This document shows positions 1 through 11,253 of a DNA stretch of 20,000 nt, one piece after another. The notes beneath the pieces are model-generated. The model was not told the origin of the DNA and ran no database searches. It was given only the letters and a program-made list of their open reading frames with translations. Where the stretch lies: contig JALJEE010002909.1 in assembly GCA_023231475.1 (NCBI GenBank), positions 50,922 to 70,921 of the forward strand. The letters run 5' to 3'. Within the stretch, counting starts at the first letter, position 1. Each line of letters opens with the position of its first letter. The position numbers and the translations under genes are program-made. This stretch comes from Seison nebaliae (taxonomy: Eukaryota).

Positions 1-191
1 ATCAACTGTAAATTATTTTAGATTGCGGTTTGCTTTATTAAAATCGCCACCGTCGAAAATCATACTGGGCAATGATTCACCCTGTTTCCACATTAAAAGG
101 CTTTCATATATATTTATAGGGCAATCTATGCATGTCCTTGAACTCATTTAAAAATGTATAGATCCTTAAAAATAATATCTAACAATATTAC

Positions 192-356
192 TAGTGCTGT
201 TCACATGAACACGAATAAAAATGGACTGTTCTCGAATATAATTGTGATGTCTGGTTTTTGAAAATCAGTTGAACGAGAACGAAATACATTGCTCTTATCA
301 ATACGGTTCGAACGAATGTTCTCATTTCGTTCGCGAACGCTTTCTATAAAAATTTT
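192..356 (+). repeat. Left terminal inverted repeat of the hAT element (165-bp core)
   Basis: Reverse complement of 828-992 with 4 mismatches by manual alignment. Similarity extends about 20 bp further after an 11-bp duplication in the left copy. Confidence 0.95.
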
Positions 357-473
357 ATAAAAATTTTACAAAATTTCTCAGAAAAAATAAAAAATGAATC
401 AAATGACATGTATACAGTAACAGTTTGGATAGTTATGAAAATATTTATATTTACAAAATGAATGAAGAAAATT

Positions 474-806
474 TTAGTCGTAGAAAAAATTCAACGCTAG
501 CGACTTGTTATCGTGAAGAAATGTTAAATTGGATCAGTTCTCATAGGTGAGACAATTTCTTTTCCGGGTATAAATATTCCCCGCCGATGAGAACATTTGT
601 TCCCACTTTAAAGAATTTGTGGAGATGCAATTAATTTCCTTAGCAATTTTATAAAGAATGGGCAAAGTTTTTTGGTTTCTTAACCAATATTCTTCGAAAC
701 TTTCATGTTTCAAACGCTTACATTCGATGGAATACCTAGCCATATCATCCAATAAATCCTGATTCTCTTCAACCTTTCCTTGTATAGCGTTGAATTTTAT
801 CTTGGA
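474..806 (-). pseudogene. hAT transposase C-terminal dimerization-domain fragment with a premature stop
   Basis: Translation YWLRNQKTLPILYKIAKEINCISTNSLKWEQMFSSAGNIYTRKRNCLTYEN*SNLTFLHDNKSLALNFFYD* resembles the hAT dimerization pattern (W..P.L..A...IP.TS..ER.FS.AG....R..L..EN...L.FL..N). There is an in-frame TGA at 536-534. The upstream frame runs directly into the right TIR, so the 5' part of the gene is deleted. Confidence 0.88.
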
Positions 807-827
807 ATTTTTTTTGGGAAATTTTGC

Positions 828-992
828 AAAATTTTTATAGAAAGCGTTCGCGGACGAAATGAGAACATTCGTTCGAACCGTATTGATAAGAACAATGTAT
901 TTCGTTCTCGTTCAACTGATTTTTAAAAACCAGACATCACAATTATATTCGAGAACAGTCCATTTTTATTCGTGTTCGTGTGAACAGCACTA
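828..992 (-). repeat. Right terminal inverted repeat of the hAT element
   Basis: Inverted copy of 192-356. Confidence 0.95.
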
Positions 993-1955
993 AATATTAT
1001 CTTATGATTATGTTAATCTGCATTTAAAATTGAAATAAGTTTGAATAAATATTAATCATTTTTCCGGATGCTGTTACTTTCACCCCGAATTACTTTCTCC
1101 CCGAAAAAAAAAATTGAAGAGAAAAATGAGATTTTAAGGGTTTTTTCCTCATTGAAAATTAACGAAGTAGGATTCATTCGAAAGAGCATAAAATTCTCAA
1201 CTAACTGTAGGTCGTTAGACCGTTGAATCAGCTGGTGACGGTCAGATCTTACAGATTCCTTATCTGTTTTACAATTATTAACGGTCGCAATATTCCAACT
1301 AATGGAAGTCCGAAGAAATGAGAAGACTGATGGACAGACCATCATACAATCATAGTTGTTTGTTATATTGTTAGATGTTTCCAGTGCGGAAATCTGAACT
1401 TTTTAATTATGACATTAGTTACTCCAAATTATTTTCCTGAAAAAATTAATTTAAACGAAATTCCTTTTGTTGTTGTTCTAGAATCTAGACAACTAACATC
1501 TTTAGTCTGGACTAAAAATTGTAAAATGTAATTTTTTTATAATGTTCCAACTGGTGGTATAAATTTATTTGCTTTTATTCGTTAATATGTTTAATTATTG
1601 TTAAGTTTGAAGTGATTTTGAAGATTAATTTTAAAATAATTTTAATTTTATTTTACATAACTTCATATTTCTCTCATGTGTCGGTGTTAAATTAATGTTC
1701 CATTAGTCGACCACCAATTAATTATAATATATATAAATAATTGGATTAGACTAAAATAACGTAGAAAATAAAGAAATGTTGGTGAATGTATGTAATCTTT
1801 AGAGTTCAATAGCTGATAAAATATGTTGTTAAGCTAAAATTTTTCAAAATCAAAATTTTCAAACTCTCAATCGTCAATTGTCCAGCACTTTCAATTTCCT
1901 TTCGGTTAACGATAAACTCATAATCAAGAAAAATGATAAGGAAATAATTGACGTG

Positions 1956-2961
1956 ATGGTAGATGAATTCCAATGTTCGATATGTTATGAAAATAAGTCA
2001 AATGATAAAATTCACTTCGAGGTTTTTTCACATTTTCTAATTTGGAAGTACACAATTAGTTAATTCGGATTATAACTGATAATTTCAGTGCAGGAACAAT
2101 CACAAAATTTGTGAATTGTGTCGACTATCACTACAATCACACGTGAATTGTGGCGGTAACGATGGATTACTAAAATGTCCACAATGTCGAAATGAAGGAA
2201 TGAAATTGCAAAACTTGCCTCGTTACGATGGGAATCGATGTGCCGAACATCAGTTCTTGTGTATTTCAACTATACGAAAAACTAATAATGAAATTGTGAG
2301 TAACTCAATAAAAAGTTGGAGTTGAATATTAAAATGACTGACCTTTCTCCTCGATATTGAAACAGAAATATTTCAACTTGTAAACTTGAAAGAATTCTTT
2401 AAAAGAAACAAAAATTTCCGTTACAAAAAACAGGAAGAATATGACGTGGTGTATTGTGGGAGAATGGATGAGACGGTGATAATGTTATCGTTAAATAGGA
2501 AGAAAAAAGAAAAATTATTTATTAAATTACGACAATCGCCGTTACATTTTGACGAGGAAGCCATTCGTCTTCAATCGGCGGCTAACATTATCGCTTATGA
2601 CGCTGTAAAGAAACGATTTATTCGATATGAAAGACAGATAATTGAAAAAGATGATATTCACAATAGTATTTTAACGAATTATCAATTGATTGTTAAACTA
2701 CCTACCGATTATCACCAATTCAATTATCAAATACTTTCTAAACAGTTATCCGAATTTACTAATCTGGATAAGATGATGATAAAGAACCATCGTTTCAATC
2801 ACATCGATTTCTCTCCAAATTCCCAACAAATTTATTTCACCGAATGGATACCATTATTTTATGGGAACATGATGAAAGAGGAGGAACATGAGAAATTCTT
2901 GCTTAACCTCTGCTCATTTGGAGAATTGGAAATGTGTTTAGAGTTCAAAACAACTGAATGA
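1956..2961 (+). CDS. RING-HC (C3HC4) finger protein, putative E3 ligase; inferred exons 1956-2021, 2089-2299, 2366-2961 (~290 aa)
   Basis: Splicing out GT..AG intron 2022-2088 joins CSICYENKSNDKIHFE to CRNNHKICELC...KCPQCR, giving a complete C3HC4 pattern. A second intron 2300-2365 (CTGAC branch-like site at 2338) restores the frame into ORF 2386-2961. The C-terminal part is not recognisable. Confidence 0.75.
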
Positions 2962-3675
2962 AATTTTATTTATTTTCAAATAAACAAAATTAATTCGTTT
3001 GTCACATTAAACATGAGAATGGGTCGAATAAGCTTATGAAGAGAATTACATATATTTAACTGTTTATCATCGTTCGATGAAAAAGTAAACGAATCATAAA
3101 TATCGGACCATCACACTACGTAAATATATTGTGTCTATTAACTTTCTATTTAATTCTAATGAAATATTTTTCCACGTTCGAAAAGAAAGAGAATGTAAAA
3201 ATTAATTTATGATTCAATAGTCTGTGTGTTCTATACACGTCTAATCGCTCATTTGAAATAGGTCAATTTCGTTACGTTCCTCCACACTCATCTCTATATT
3301 TGGGGAATTGCATTTCTCCTTCCTGTATCATTATCATCATCATCATCTAGAATCAAATGACGACTGAGAGAATTGAATAGGAAAAGAAACTGGTAAAAAT
3401 GAGTTATTTAAATGAGACGAGAAGGGAAAAATTGTAAAAAAAAAGAAATAGGGATTAATGAAAAAACTCGTAAAAGTTGTCGTTGTTGTTGTTGGAAAGA
3501 GGAAAGACAAGTGAGATATGTTTTGATAAATTAACGGAGAGTGGAATGAATTGAGAATGGAAGTGCAATGTCTTTTTTTAAAAAGTTCAAATGAGATAAA
3601 GTTTGAAAAAGAGGAAGAAAAAATAATTTGGAAGAAAAAGAAATTGTGGAATGAAAGTGAATCATTGGCTCTTAA

Positions 3676-6237
3676 ATGGAAATGGGCGGAATTGGAGTTT
3701 GTCTAGTGCTGCCAATTCTTCGATGTCGAGTGTATGAGACACAGAAACTGGATGACGACAGACTCCTGGGATGGATCACGTATCAGAATTGGAGGAGATA
3801 TTGGACGTGTTTGATGCAACCGTTTTACGACAATTTCCATGAAAGATTCGAAGATACAAAAATTTATTTCGTCAAATATTGGCTCATCCGTCAGCGATTT
3901 CTTCTCCGCGTTTATTTATGGAATTATACGAATGACTCCGATGAGAGTGTCAGTCATTTTAATCGATTAGTGGGAAAATACGAGAAATATTTCAATGAAT
4001 TAATTTGGATGCATTTATCGTTTGCACCGGAAGGACGACCGAAATTAGTTTTTGGAATATCCGTAAATGATGGAAATGATGATATTTATACGGAATCGAA
4101 TGGCAAAGCCGAACGAATGCAACAGATGATGAAATGGAGGAATTTCAGATACAAACCATTTCTCAGCTCCAATTTCCGTGAGTCGTTATTCAATCGGATA
4201 TCGGAACGGAAAGCCGTCAATGATTATTTGAAACAATCATTAAGATATACGAAAATGTCATTTGAAGCACAAATGGTGAAAAAAGAGAAAGAACGTGAAG
4301 AGGACGATGTGCATCATAAGTGCACCAAATCGTGCATACACAATGCAGATGCGATTATTCAACATTTCCAATTGATCTCATTCTTTCCAATGAAACACAT
4401 TCCTCTACTCATCGGTTTCCGTCGAATCAAACAATCGTATCTTCTCCGAAAATCTCATCTTCTCATCAGAGAATCGAATGGTGAGAAGAAGAAAAAGATT
4501 GAGACGGTGGACGAAGTGAAAACGACGAAAGGAAAACGTGGACGTCGATCGAAAGATGTGGCAGTGAAAAAGGCGAAAATTATCGAAGAGACAATCATTC
4601 CCAAACGATCGATGTGTTCGAGAAATGTTGAAGGATTTTGTCTCGCTGATTATACGGATTTTACGAACGTTTATCATTTCATTGAATATGTAACGCCATG
4701 TGGATTGCGATTGTATTCGACTGGTGAAGTTGCTCATTTCTTAGAGATGGCAAATGCCGATAATGTTCAGATTGAAATGTTTTCGTTCGATGCCGAATAT
4801 GATTGTACGTCCGTACATTATTTTAGTGATGATATTTACTTCGACAAATGGATCAAAACGAATGAATATGTGCCACAATCCCCAATAATATATCCAATGA
4901 TTCGAATCGAAAATGATTTATATGAAGAAATGCGAAGAATCTCTTACAATTATGTCCATGAACGATTAATTACAAAGAACGTTCCGAAAGAAACGTTCGA
5001 TGAGAAATTCCTTTGTTCTTGTTCATGTACCGATGATTGTAGTGACGTTCTCAGTTGTGAATGTCAACAATTGACATTTGAAGGAACAAGTATCTATAAA
5101 CCATTGAAACATTTGCCATTTTATTCAGGTGGTCGATTATCACAATTAATTCCTACCGCTGTCTTCGAATGTAACAAGAATTGTTCGTGTAAGAAAAATC
5201 GATGTCAAAATCGAGTGTCACAAAAAACAGAATTATTACCATGTATGAAAATCGAACGGACGTCCAATAAAGGTTTAGGCGTATTTGCCCAAGAACGAAT
5301 TGAACGTGGAACATTATTGGGAACATATCACGGTCTCCTTCTCACTGATGATGACGGTGATTTCGTCGGATTGAAATATGGCGATGAATATATGGCGGAT
5401 TTGAATTTCTGTGAATTGTCCGATATTCTCCATCGTCATCAATTGAAACGACGCATTTTTTATGCTTTGAAAGCGAGATTTAAAAAGAACGAAACATTGT
5501 TGGAGGAATGTATTATCAAATTTATCGATTCAGATGAATTACGAATTATGATTCGTGGAAATGAACCACATAGAAATAATGAGATCGAACGTCAAGAATT
5601 GAGGAAGAAGACACAACGTCACAAACAATCGTTGGATCATTATCGGAATGAATCTGTTATCGAAAAAGAGGAAATGAGTGAGGATGACGAAGATGAAATT
5701 AGCACGATTTCAACACCATCAACTCCCAGTTCGAGTGAAGAAATTTCTTCGTCTTCTAAAATCGATGACGATGAAATTGAATGTCTCAATATTACCATCG
5801 ATAATGGAGAAATGAGTCAAGCTAAATTGAAGAAAGATGCAGCCAGATTATATCGAGAGAGAGCAGCGGAATTGAAAGTGGCGAGATTGAAAACGAAAGC
5901 ACGTAAATTGATCGATACGGCGATCGATACACTCCGAAATAAATTGCTCATGTCATTCCACGAATATCTGCGGAAAGAATATTATACGATCGATGCGAAA
6001 AGATATGGAAGTCTTGGTCGATTCTTCAATCATAGTTGTGATCCGAATGCATTCATTCAGAATGTTTTCGTAGATACACATGATGTTCGCTTTCCTTGGA
6101 TTGTATTGTTTGCCGCTCGAACCATTGAAGTTGGTGAGGAGATCTGTTGGAATTATAATTATTCCGAAGAACCGGTAGAAGGAAAACGTGTCGATTGTTT
6201 GTGTGGAGCGAAAAAATGTGTCGGACGTTTATTATGA
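3676..6237 (+). CDS. SETDB1: SETDB1/eggless-family histone H3K9 methyltransferase (MBD, pre-SET, bifurcated SET, post-SET)
   Basis: MBD-like PLLIGFRR...YVTPCGLRL...EMFSFD; pre-SET CSCSCTDDCSDVLSCECQQLT...VFECNKNCSC; SET N-half GDEYMADLN, then a ~190-aa insert, then IDAKRYGSLGRFFNHSCDPN...QNVFVDTHDVRFPW...WNYNY; post-SET CLCGAKKCVGRLL*. The 5' end is uncertain: a possible upstream exon 3557-3656 could join through a 50-nt GT..AG intron 3657-3706. Confidence 0.92.
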   Translation: MEMGGIGVCLVLPILRCRVYETQKLDDDRLLGWITYQNWRRYWTCLMQPFYDNFHERFEDTKIYFVKYWLIRQRFLLRVYLWNYTNDSDESVSHFNRLVGKYEKYFNELIWMHLSFAPEGRPKLVFGISVNDGNDDIYTESNGKAERMQQMMKWRNFRYKPFLSSNFRESLFNRISERKAVNDYLKQSLRYTKMSFEAQMVKKEKEREEDDVHHKCTKSCIHNADAIIQHFQLISFFPMKHIPLLIGFRRIKQSYLLRKSHLLIRESNGEKKKKIETVDEVKTTKGKRGRRSKDVAVKKAKIIEETIIPKRSMCSRNVEGFCLADYTDFTNVYHFIEYVTPCGLRLYSTGEVAHFLEMANADNVQIEMFSFDAEYDCTSVHYFSDDIYFDKWIKTNEYVPQSPIIYPMIRIENDLYEEMRRISYNYVHERLITKNVPKETFDEKFLCSCSCTDDCSDVLSCECQQLTFEGTSIYKPLKHLPFYSGGRLSQLIPTAVFECNKNCSCKKNRCQNRVSQKTELLPCMKIERTSNKGLGVFAQERIERGTLLGTYHGLLLTDDDGDFVGLKYGDEYMADLNFCELSDILHRHQLKRRIFYALKARFKKNETLLEECIIKFIDSDELRIMIRGNEPHRNNEIERQELRKKTQRHKQSLDHYRNESVIEKEEMSEDDEDEISTISTPSTPSSSEEISSSSKIDDDEIECLNITIDNGEMSQAKLKKDAARLYRERAAELKVARLKTKARKLIDTAIDTLRNKLLMSFHEYLRKEYYTIDAKRYGSLGRFFNHSCDPNAFIQNVFVDTHDVRFPWIVLFAARTIEVGEEICWNYNYSEEPVEGKRVDCLCGAKKCVGRLL

Positions 6238-6872
6238 GGAATTAATTATCATTAAAAGATTTGATGAAAGGAATGGATAGGAACAATATCATAATCATCA
6301 CAATTCTTTCTTTCTCTCTTTCTCTCTCTCTTTTTTTCAACTTTTTAAATCAATTTTAATTCATTTCAACTATAGTTTACTTTCATCTTTACATCTCATC
6401 CTTCTCCCAATCGCCATAAGATTTTTTTTTTTAATTTTTCTTCACTATTTTTTGAAAAGTTTCTACAACAACAATAACAACAATTTTATTCGATAAATTT
6501 TCAAAGAATATTTTCAATTCTTTTCACATTCTCCTTTTATATACAAGAAATTTTCATAATTAAAAAAAAAACTTTAAAGAATTTTTCATTTGTCTCCTTT
6601 TCTTTTTTAATATCATTTTCTTTCCTCCCAAAATTTCATTCTTTCAATTCATTCATATATGGACAATCGTTCTTTCTATTAAAATTCTTTCTCTTTAGAT
6701 TGATCTAATCATTTATGTAATTGTCTATTCTAAATTATTTTCTGCTTCATATTTCGTGTAAGAGTTGCTGAATTTCGATTGGCTCAAAATGATGATACTC
6801 TCCACAATGAGAATTGTATTTAATTTTCGGACTTATCTAATATCAGAAAGAGCGCGAGTATTTCGAAGAAAT

Positions 6873-7673
<801 letters not shown>

Positions 7674-8123
7674 ATTGTCTCTCTCATAATTCATAACATT
7701 CTCTCCGTTCATCATTAATTTCACTTCTAATATCTCACACGTTTTCCCAATCATCATTTATTCTCAAAATTGTTTACTAACAATTTTACTTTTGTTTTTT
7801 TTCCTTTTAAAAAGAACATTTGGGCATATGGAGTGGGCCATACGTGAAATGTGGGAAGGTGGAGAATTGGAATGAAATTTGGAGGATTAGTAAATTCAAA
7901 TTTGAAGCTTTTCCTTGAGAGAAATGAAAAAAATAAATTCCTTCAATCGCGTCATTCCATCTAATGTGTTTGAGTGTGGACGGTAATAGTATGAGTGCCA
8001 TTGAAATTTAAATTGCTATTTTTTTCTTGATAAATTTTTGAAGAATAAATTTTTATTAATTCATTTGTGTTGGTAAGAAATCTCATTGAATAGGACGTCG
8101 GTGTGAGAGGGAAAGACAGACTG

Positions 8124-10952
8124 ATGGAATTGAATGAGAAAAAAGACAAAACTGGAAAAAATGTGAATTATATTCAAATGGAGAATTCGTCCGTTGCCAA
8201 GTCATCTGCTTTCCTCAATGATGATGTGGTAAACGACGAAGAAGACGAACATCAGTTGTTGGATTCGGAGAATGGTGTGGACAAACGGAAAAATTATGGT
8301 ACGTTAAATCGGAAAAAATCGTTCGATTCTGATGAGAATATATCGTCGTCCTCTCCGTCTTCATCCGATCTTGATGATGACGATGATGATGATGATGATG
8401 ATGAAATTAGACATTTGAAAATTTCATTGAATAATGTGAATAAAAAACGACGTTCCTCCAATCATTCATCGACCGAAGTAACTTCATCATCAACATCTTC
8501 CACTTGTTCGTCCAAATGTATATCATCATCATCATCTGATGCGGTCACTTTATTTGTGAATGGTGAAAGAAATGATGAAGAGGAAGAAGTTATGGAGGAA
8601 TCGTTAAACGATATAAACGGAAATTTAATGGATGAAATGGAAATGGAAAAGATGGAAAAGATGGAAGAGAATGAAGAAAAGAAGAAGGAATTGATGAAAG
8701 AAAATGTGTCGATAATGGGAAAAGATAATTTGAATTCGATAGAAAAAAATCGGAAAAGAAATCGATTACGAAAACGACTCGATCGATTCGATCAATTCAG
8801 AAGATCAGATGCCTCTTGTTCCTCACTCATTTCGTCAGCATCTTCAGTGAAAACGACGAAAACAACTTGCGATACTGATCGATCATTGGACGAGATCGAT
8901 CGAGTAATCAATCGATTGGAAGATATGAAATTAAAGGAGAAATTTAAGGGAATATGGAATGAGGAGAAAAAAACGGATTCCATTTTAACTTCCATCGATC
9001 CCGAACAAGATCATCTGAATGAGAGTTTCGTTCGCGAATTGAATGAGACTGATTGTGAAATGGTAAGAATCGAATCGGAAGTTCAACATCGCGAACTCCA
9101 ACGAAGAAGGAACAAACGGAACATTCTCCAGGAATTCAAGGACGCTCATACCGATGAACGGAAAAATGATGAGACATTGAATAAAGTGACGGCGTTAATG
9201 AAGAGAAGGAAAGAGAAGATGAAATTGAATAAATTTCATGAAGAGTTAAAAGAGAATGAAAGTCGTTCGTCGTCGGAATCGTCAATGGAACATCGTCAAT
9301 CGATGGTAGGAAATGATGATGGTGATTATTCGTTAAGTGTCGCATCGGATTACGAGGACATTTATTCGATATCTGATGAACAACATCAATTCTACTCTAA
9401 TTTATTCCAACGATTACAACCTAATAAAGATGGTTTAGTACCATTCAATATCGTCAATTGCGTCTTCCAACGATCACGACTTCCTGACAACGAATTGTTG
9501 CTCATACGTCAAATGGCGGAAGTGGAAAACAAAGAATTTTTATGTCTCAACGAATTCATTTCTGCTATGCATCTGGTGGTGTTGCGAAAGAACCGTTATG
9601 CGATTCCTGCAAAATTCCCACAAATCCTTCGAACAACAATCGATTCTCATCGGATTGATGAGAAGATGATTATTCCTAACAATACAACGATTATGAAGAA
9701 TGGAGAAGAAGAAGAAGAAGAACGAAGAAAATCGATGGAACAAGATGATTATTCGATAGAAAATGATGGAAATGTATCATCATATAATATGTGTCATTAT
9801 GATACGATTCCATTCATTGTTTCCAATCAGACGTCGGATGAACATCATAATAAATTTTGGAAAGATATTCTCCAACAATCGACGACCGATTATTATGATT
9901 TACATGAAACAAATGGAAATCAATCATCTTCAATTATTCCTGCATCAATCTCATACGATTCCGTCAATACAACCCCCGTAAATATGACGAATAAGAAGTT
10001 CTCTAATTCCAATGAAAGTTTAATAGGAATTCCATCACAATTCTCATGTGAACGACCCACCACCGTTTGTCGACCAGTTCCAATTGTCAATTCGGGCGAT
10101 GAGAAGAGGATCGATAATCGTTGTAAACTTTTATCATCCAATCATTATTTCTCTCAGGAATTATATCAAATTCGATCGACCGCTTTTCGTCTCTTGCCAC
10201 CAAAATCGACGTTAACTTCAAAGAATTTGATCGATTCTAAATCGGATTATCATACGACGAAACCACATTATCTTCCTGCAATCACCAATTTCCCATCAAA
10301 TTATAAGAGATTGAAAATTTTAGAGAAACAAACTAACAATGGGAAATGTTTTGATAATGAAGTCAAATCGACGAAAGGACATCGTAAATCTCAGAGTGTC
10401 GATTTCTGTCTCCTCTTAAATGGTGAGGAGAAATCGAAGAGTTTGAATTCCAGTCTCATACAATCGTCATCAACTAATCCAACAAATAATAATCAGAAAA
10501 CGCCACCCATTATCCCACCAAGACCAAACCAGACACCTCATCGTGCCAGGAAACAATCCATTAACAATCAACCGACAACCTTCCAAATTAATACGAGCGG
10601 TTCAACTCCCGTCATCGGTAGCCACTCAAAACCGTCTCGAAATGACGAGAGTGATATGTTGAAAATGAATGAGATTTCCGTCGAAACGGAAAATGTTGTG
10701 AACGGTTTCGATGTACACGCATCTCGTGAACGATTGAGAAAGACATTGATTGACTGTCAGATGTTGTTGCTACAGAAGAATGATGACGTTCATCATATGG
10801 AAACGATTGAGAAAGTGTTAAAAAATGCGACACGTGTACATCGTCAACAAAACGAGAATTTGAGATGGTTTTTGAAGAAACAACGACAAGATTTATTTCA
10901 ATTACAGCAGCAAAATTTATTGTTGTTGCAGCAGAATTTGACTGAAAAGTGA
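8124..10952 (+). CDS. REPS1: REPS1/REPS2(POB1)-like EH-domain endocytic adaptor
   Basis: EH domain at 9363-9629 (ISDEQHQFYSNLFQRLQPNKDG...SRLPDNEL...LNEFISAMHLVVLRKNRYAIPAKFPQIL) resembles, from memory, the second EH domain of REPS. Also HRKSQSVD, PPIIPPRP (SH3-ligand type) and a C-terminal coiled coil. The start is uncertain: the in-frame TAG at 8091-8093 could be a splice acceptor. Confidence 0.78.
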   Translation: MELNEKKDKTGKNVNYIQMENSSVAKSSAFLNDDVVNDEEDEHQLLDSENGVDKRKNYGTLNRKKSFDSDENISSSSPSSSDLDDDDDDDDDDEIRHLKISLNNVNKKRRSSNHSSTEVTSSSTSSTCSSKCISSSSSDAVTLFVNGERNDEEEEVMEESLNDINGNLMDEMEMEKMEKMEENEEKKKELMKENVSIMGKDNLNSIEKNRKRNRLRKRLDRFDQFRRSDASCSSLISSASSVKTTKTTCDTDRSLDEIDRVINRLEDMKLKEKFKGIWNEEKKTDSILTSIDPEQDHLNESFVRELNETDCEMVRIESEVQHRELQRRRNKRNILQEFKDAHTDERKNDETLNKVTALMKRRKEKMKLNKFHEELKENESRSSSESSMEHRQSMVGNDDGDYSLSVASDYEDIYSISDEQHQFYSNLFQRLQPNKDGLVPFNIVNCVFQRSRLPDNELLLIRQMAEVENKEFLCLNEFISAMHLVVLRKNRYAIPAKFPQILRTTIDSHRIDEKMIIPNNTTIMKNGEEEEEERRKSMEQDDYSIENDGNVSSYNMCHYDTIPFIVSNQTSDEHHNKFWKDILQQSTTDYYDLHETNGNQSSSIIPASISYDSVNTTPVNMTNKKFSNSNESLIGIPSQFSCERPTTVCRPVPIVNSGDEKRIDNRCKLLSSNHYFSQELYQIRSTAFRLLPPKSTLTSKNLIDSKSDYHTTKPHYLPAITNFPSNYKRLKILEKQTNNGKCFDNEVKSTKGHRKSQSVDFCLLLNGEEKSKSLNSSLIQSSSTNPTNNNQKTPPIIPPRPNQTPHRARKQSINNQPTTFQINTSGSTPVIGSHSKPSRNDESDMLKMNEISVETENVVNGFDVHASRERLRKTLIDCQMLLLQKNDDVHHMETIEKVLKNATRVHRQQNENLRWFLKKQRQDLFQLQQQNLLLLQQNLTEK
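8373..8403 (+). repeat. (GAT)n trinucleotide tract encoding poly-Asp within the REPS-like CDS
   Basis: gatgatgacgatgatgatgatgatgatgatg read directly from the sequence. Confidence 0.85.
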
Positions 10953-11253
10953 ATTGAAAGAGATGCGGGAGGAAGTAAGAAAATGACATTAATTACTTGA
11001 AACTCATTTTTTTTTTCTCATTTTCAGTTTCTATATAAATTTTATTCGAATTTCTTCTTCCATCATTAATTAACAGTGAATTAAGAGGAATTAACTCTTT
11101 TTTCCACATCCATTTTGCCCTTCTTCCATGTAACTTCTTTTTTACAGTCTTTTCTGATTGAATATCTTTTCACACATGAAAGTTGATAAAGAAACTTTAA
11201 ATATTGAAGTAAATCATTTGAAGAAACGATTAAAAGGTTTTTAGAAGAAAAAG

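Larger units (their letters stand above)
192..992. mobile_element. Non-autonomous (internally deleted) hAT-superfamily DNA transposon, 801 bp
   Basis: Terminal inverted repeats begin TAGTGCTGTTCAC at 192 and end GTGAACAGCACTA at 992. The flanks AATATTAC (184-191) and AATATTAT (993-1000) form an 8-bp TSD with one mismatch, the length typical of hAT elements. The interior carries a hAT C-terminal dimerization-domain remnant. Confidence 0.93.

Noticed and set aside
1052..1345. 97-aa minus-strand ORF next to the transposon
   Set aside because: No recognisable motif, an in-frame stop lies shortly upstream, and the 3' part runs through homopolymer-rich DNA. It could be a decayed fragment but cannot be supported.
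1501..1755. Possible MITE suggested by TTTAGTCT...AGACTAAA and a small hairpin at 1501-1516
   Set aside because: Only 8 bp of inverted match in AT-rich DNA and no convincing TSD.
5416..5979. Large insertion splitting the SET domain
   Set aside because: A bifurcated SET domain is the normal hallmark of SETDB1/2, so it is not novel.
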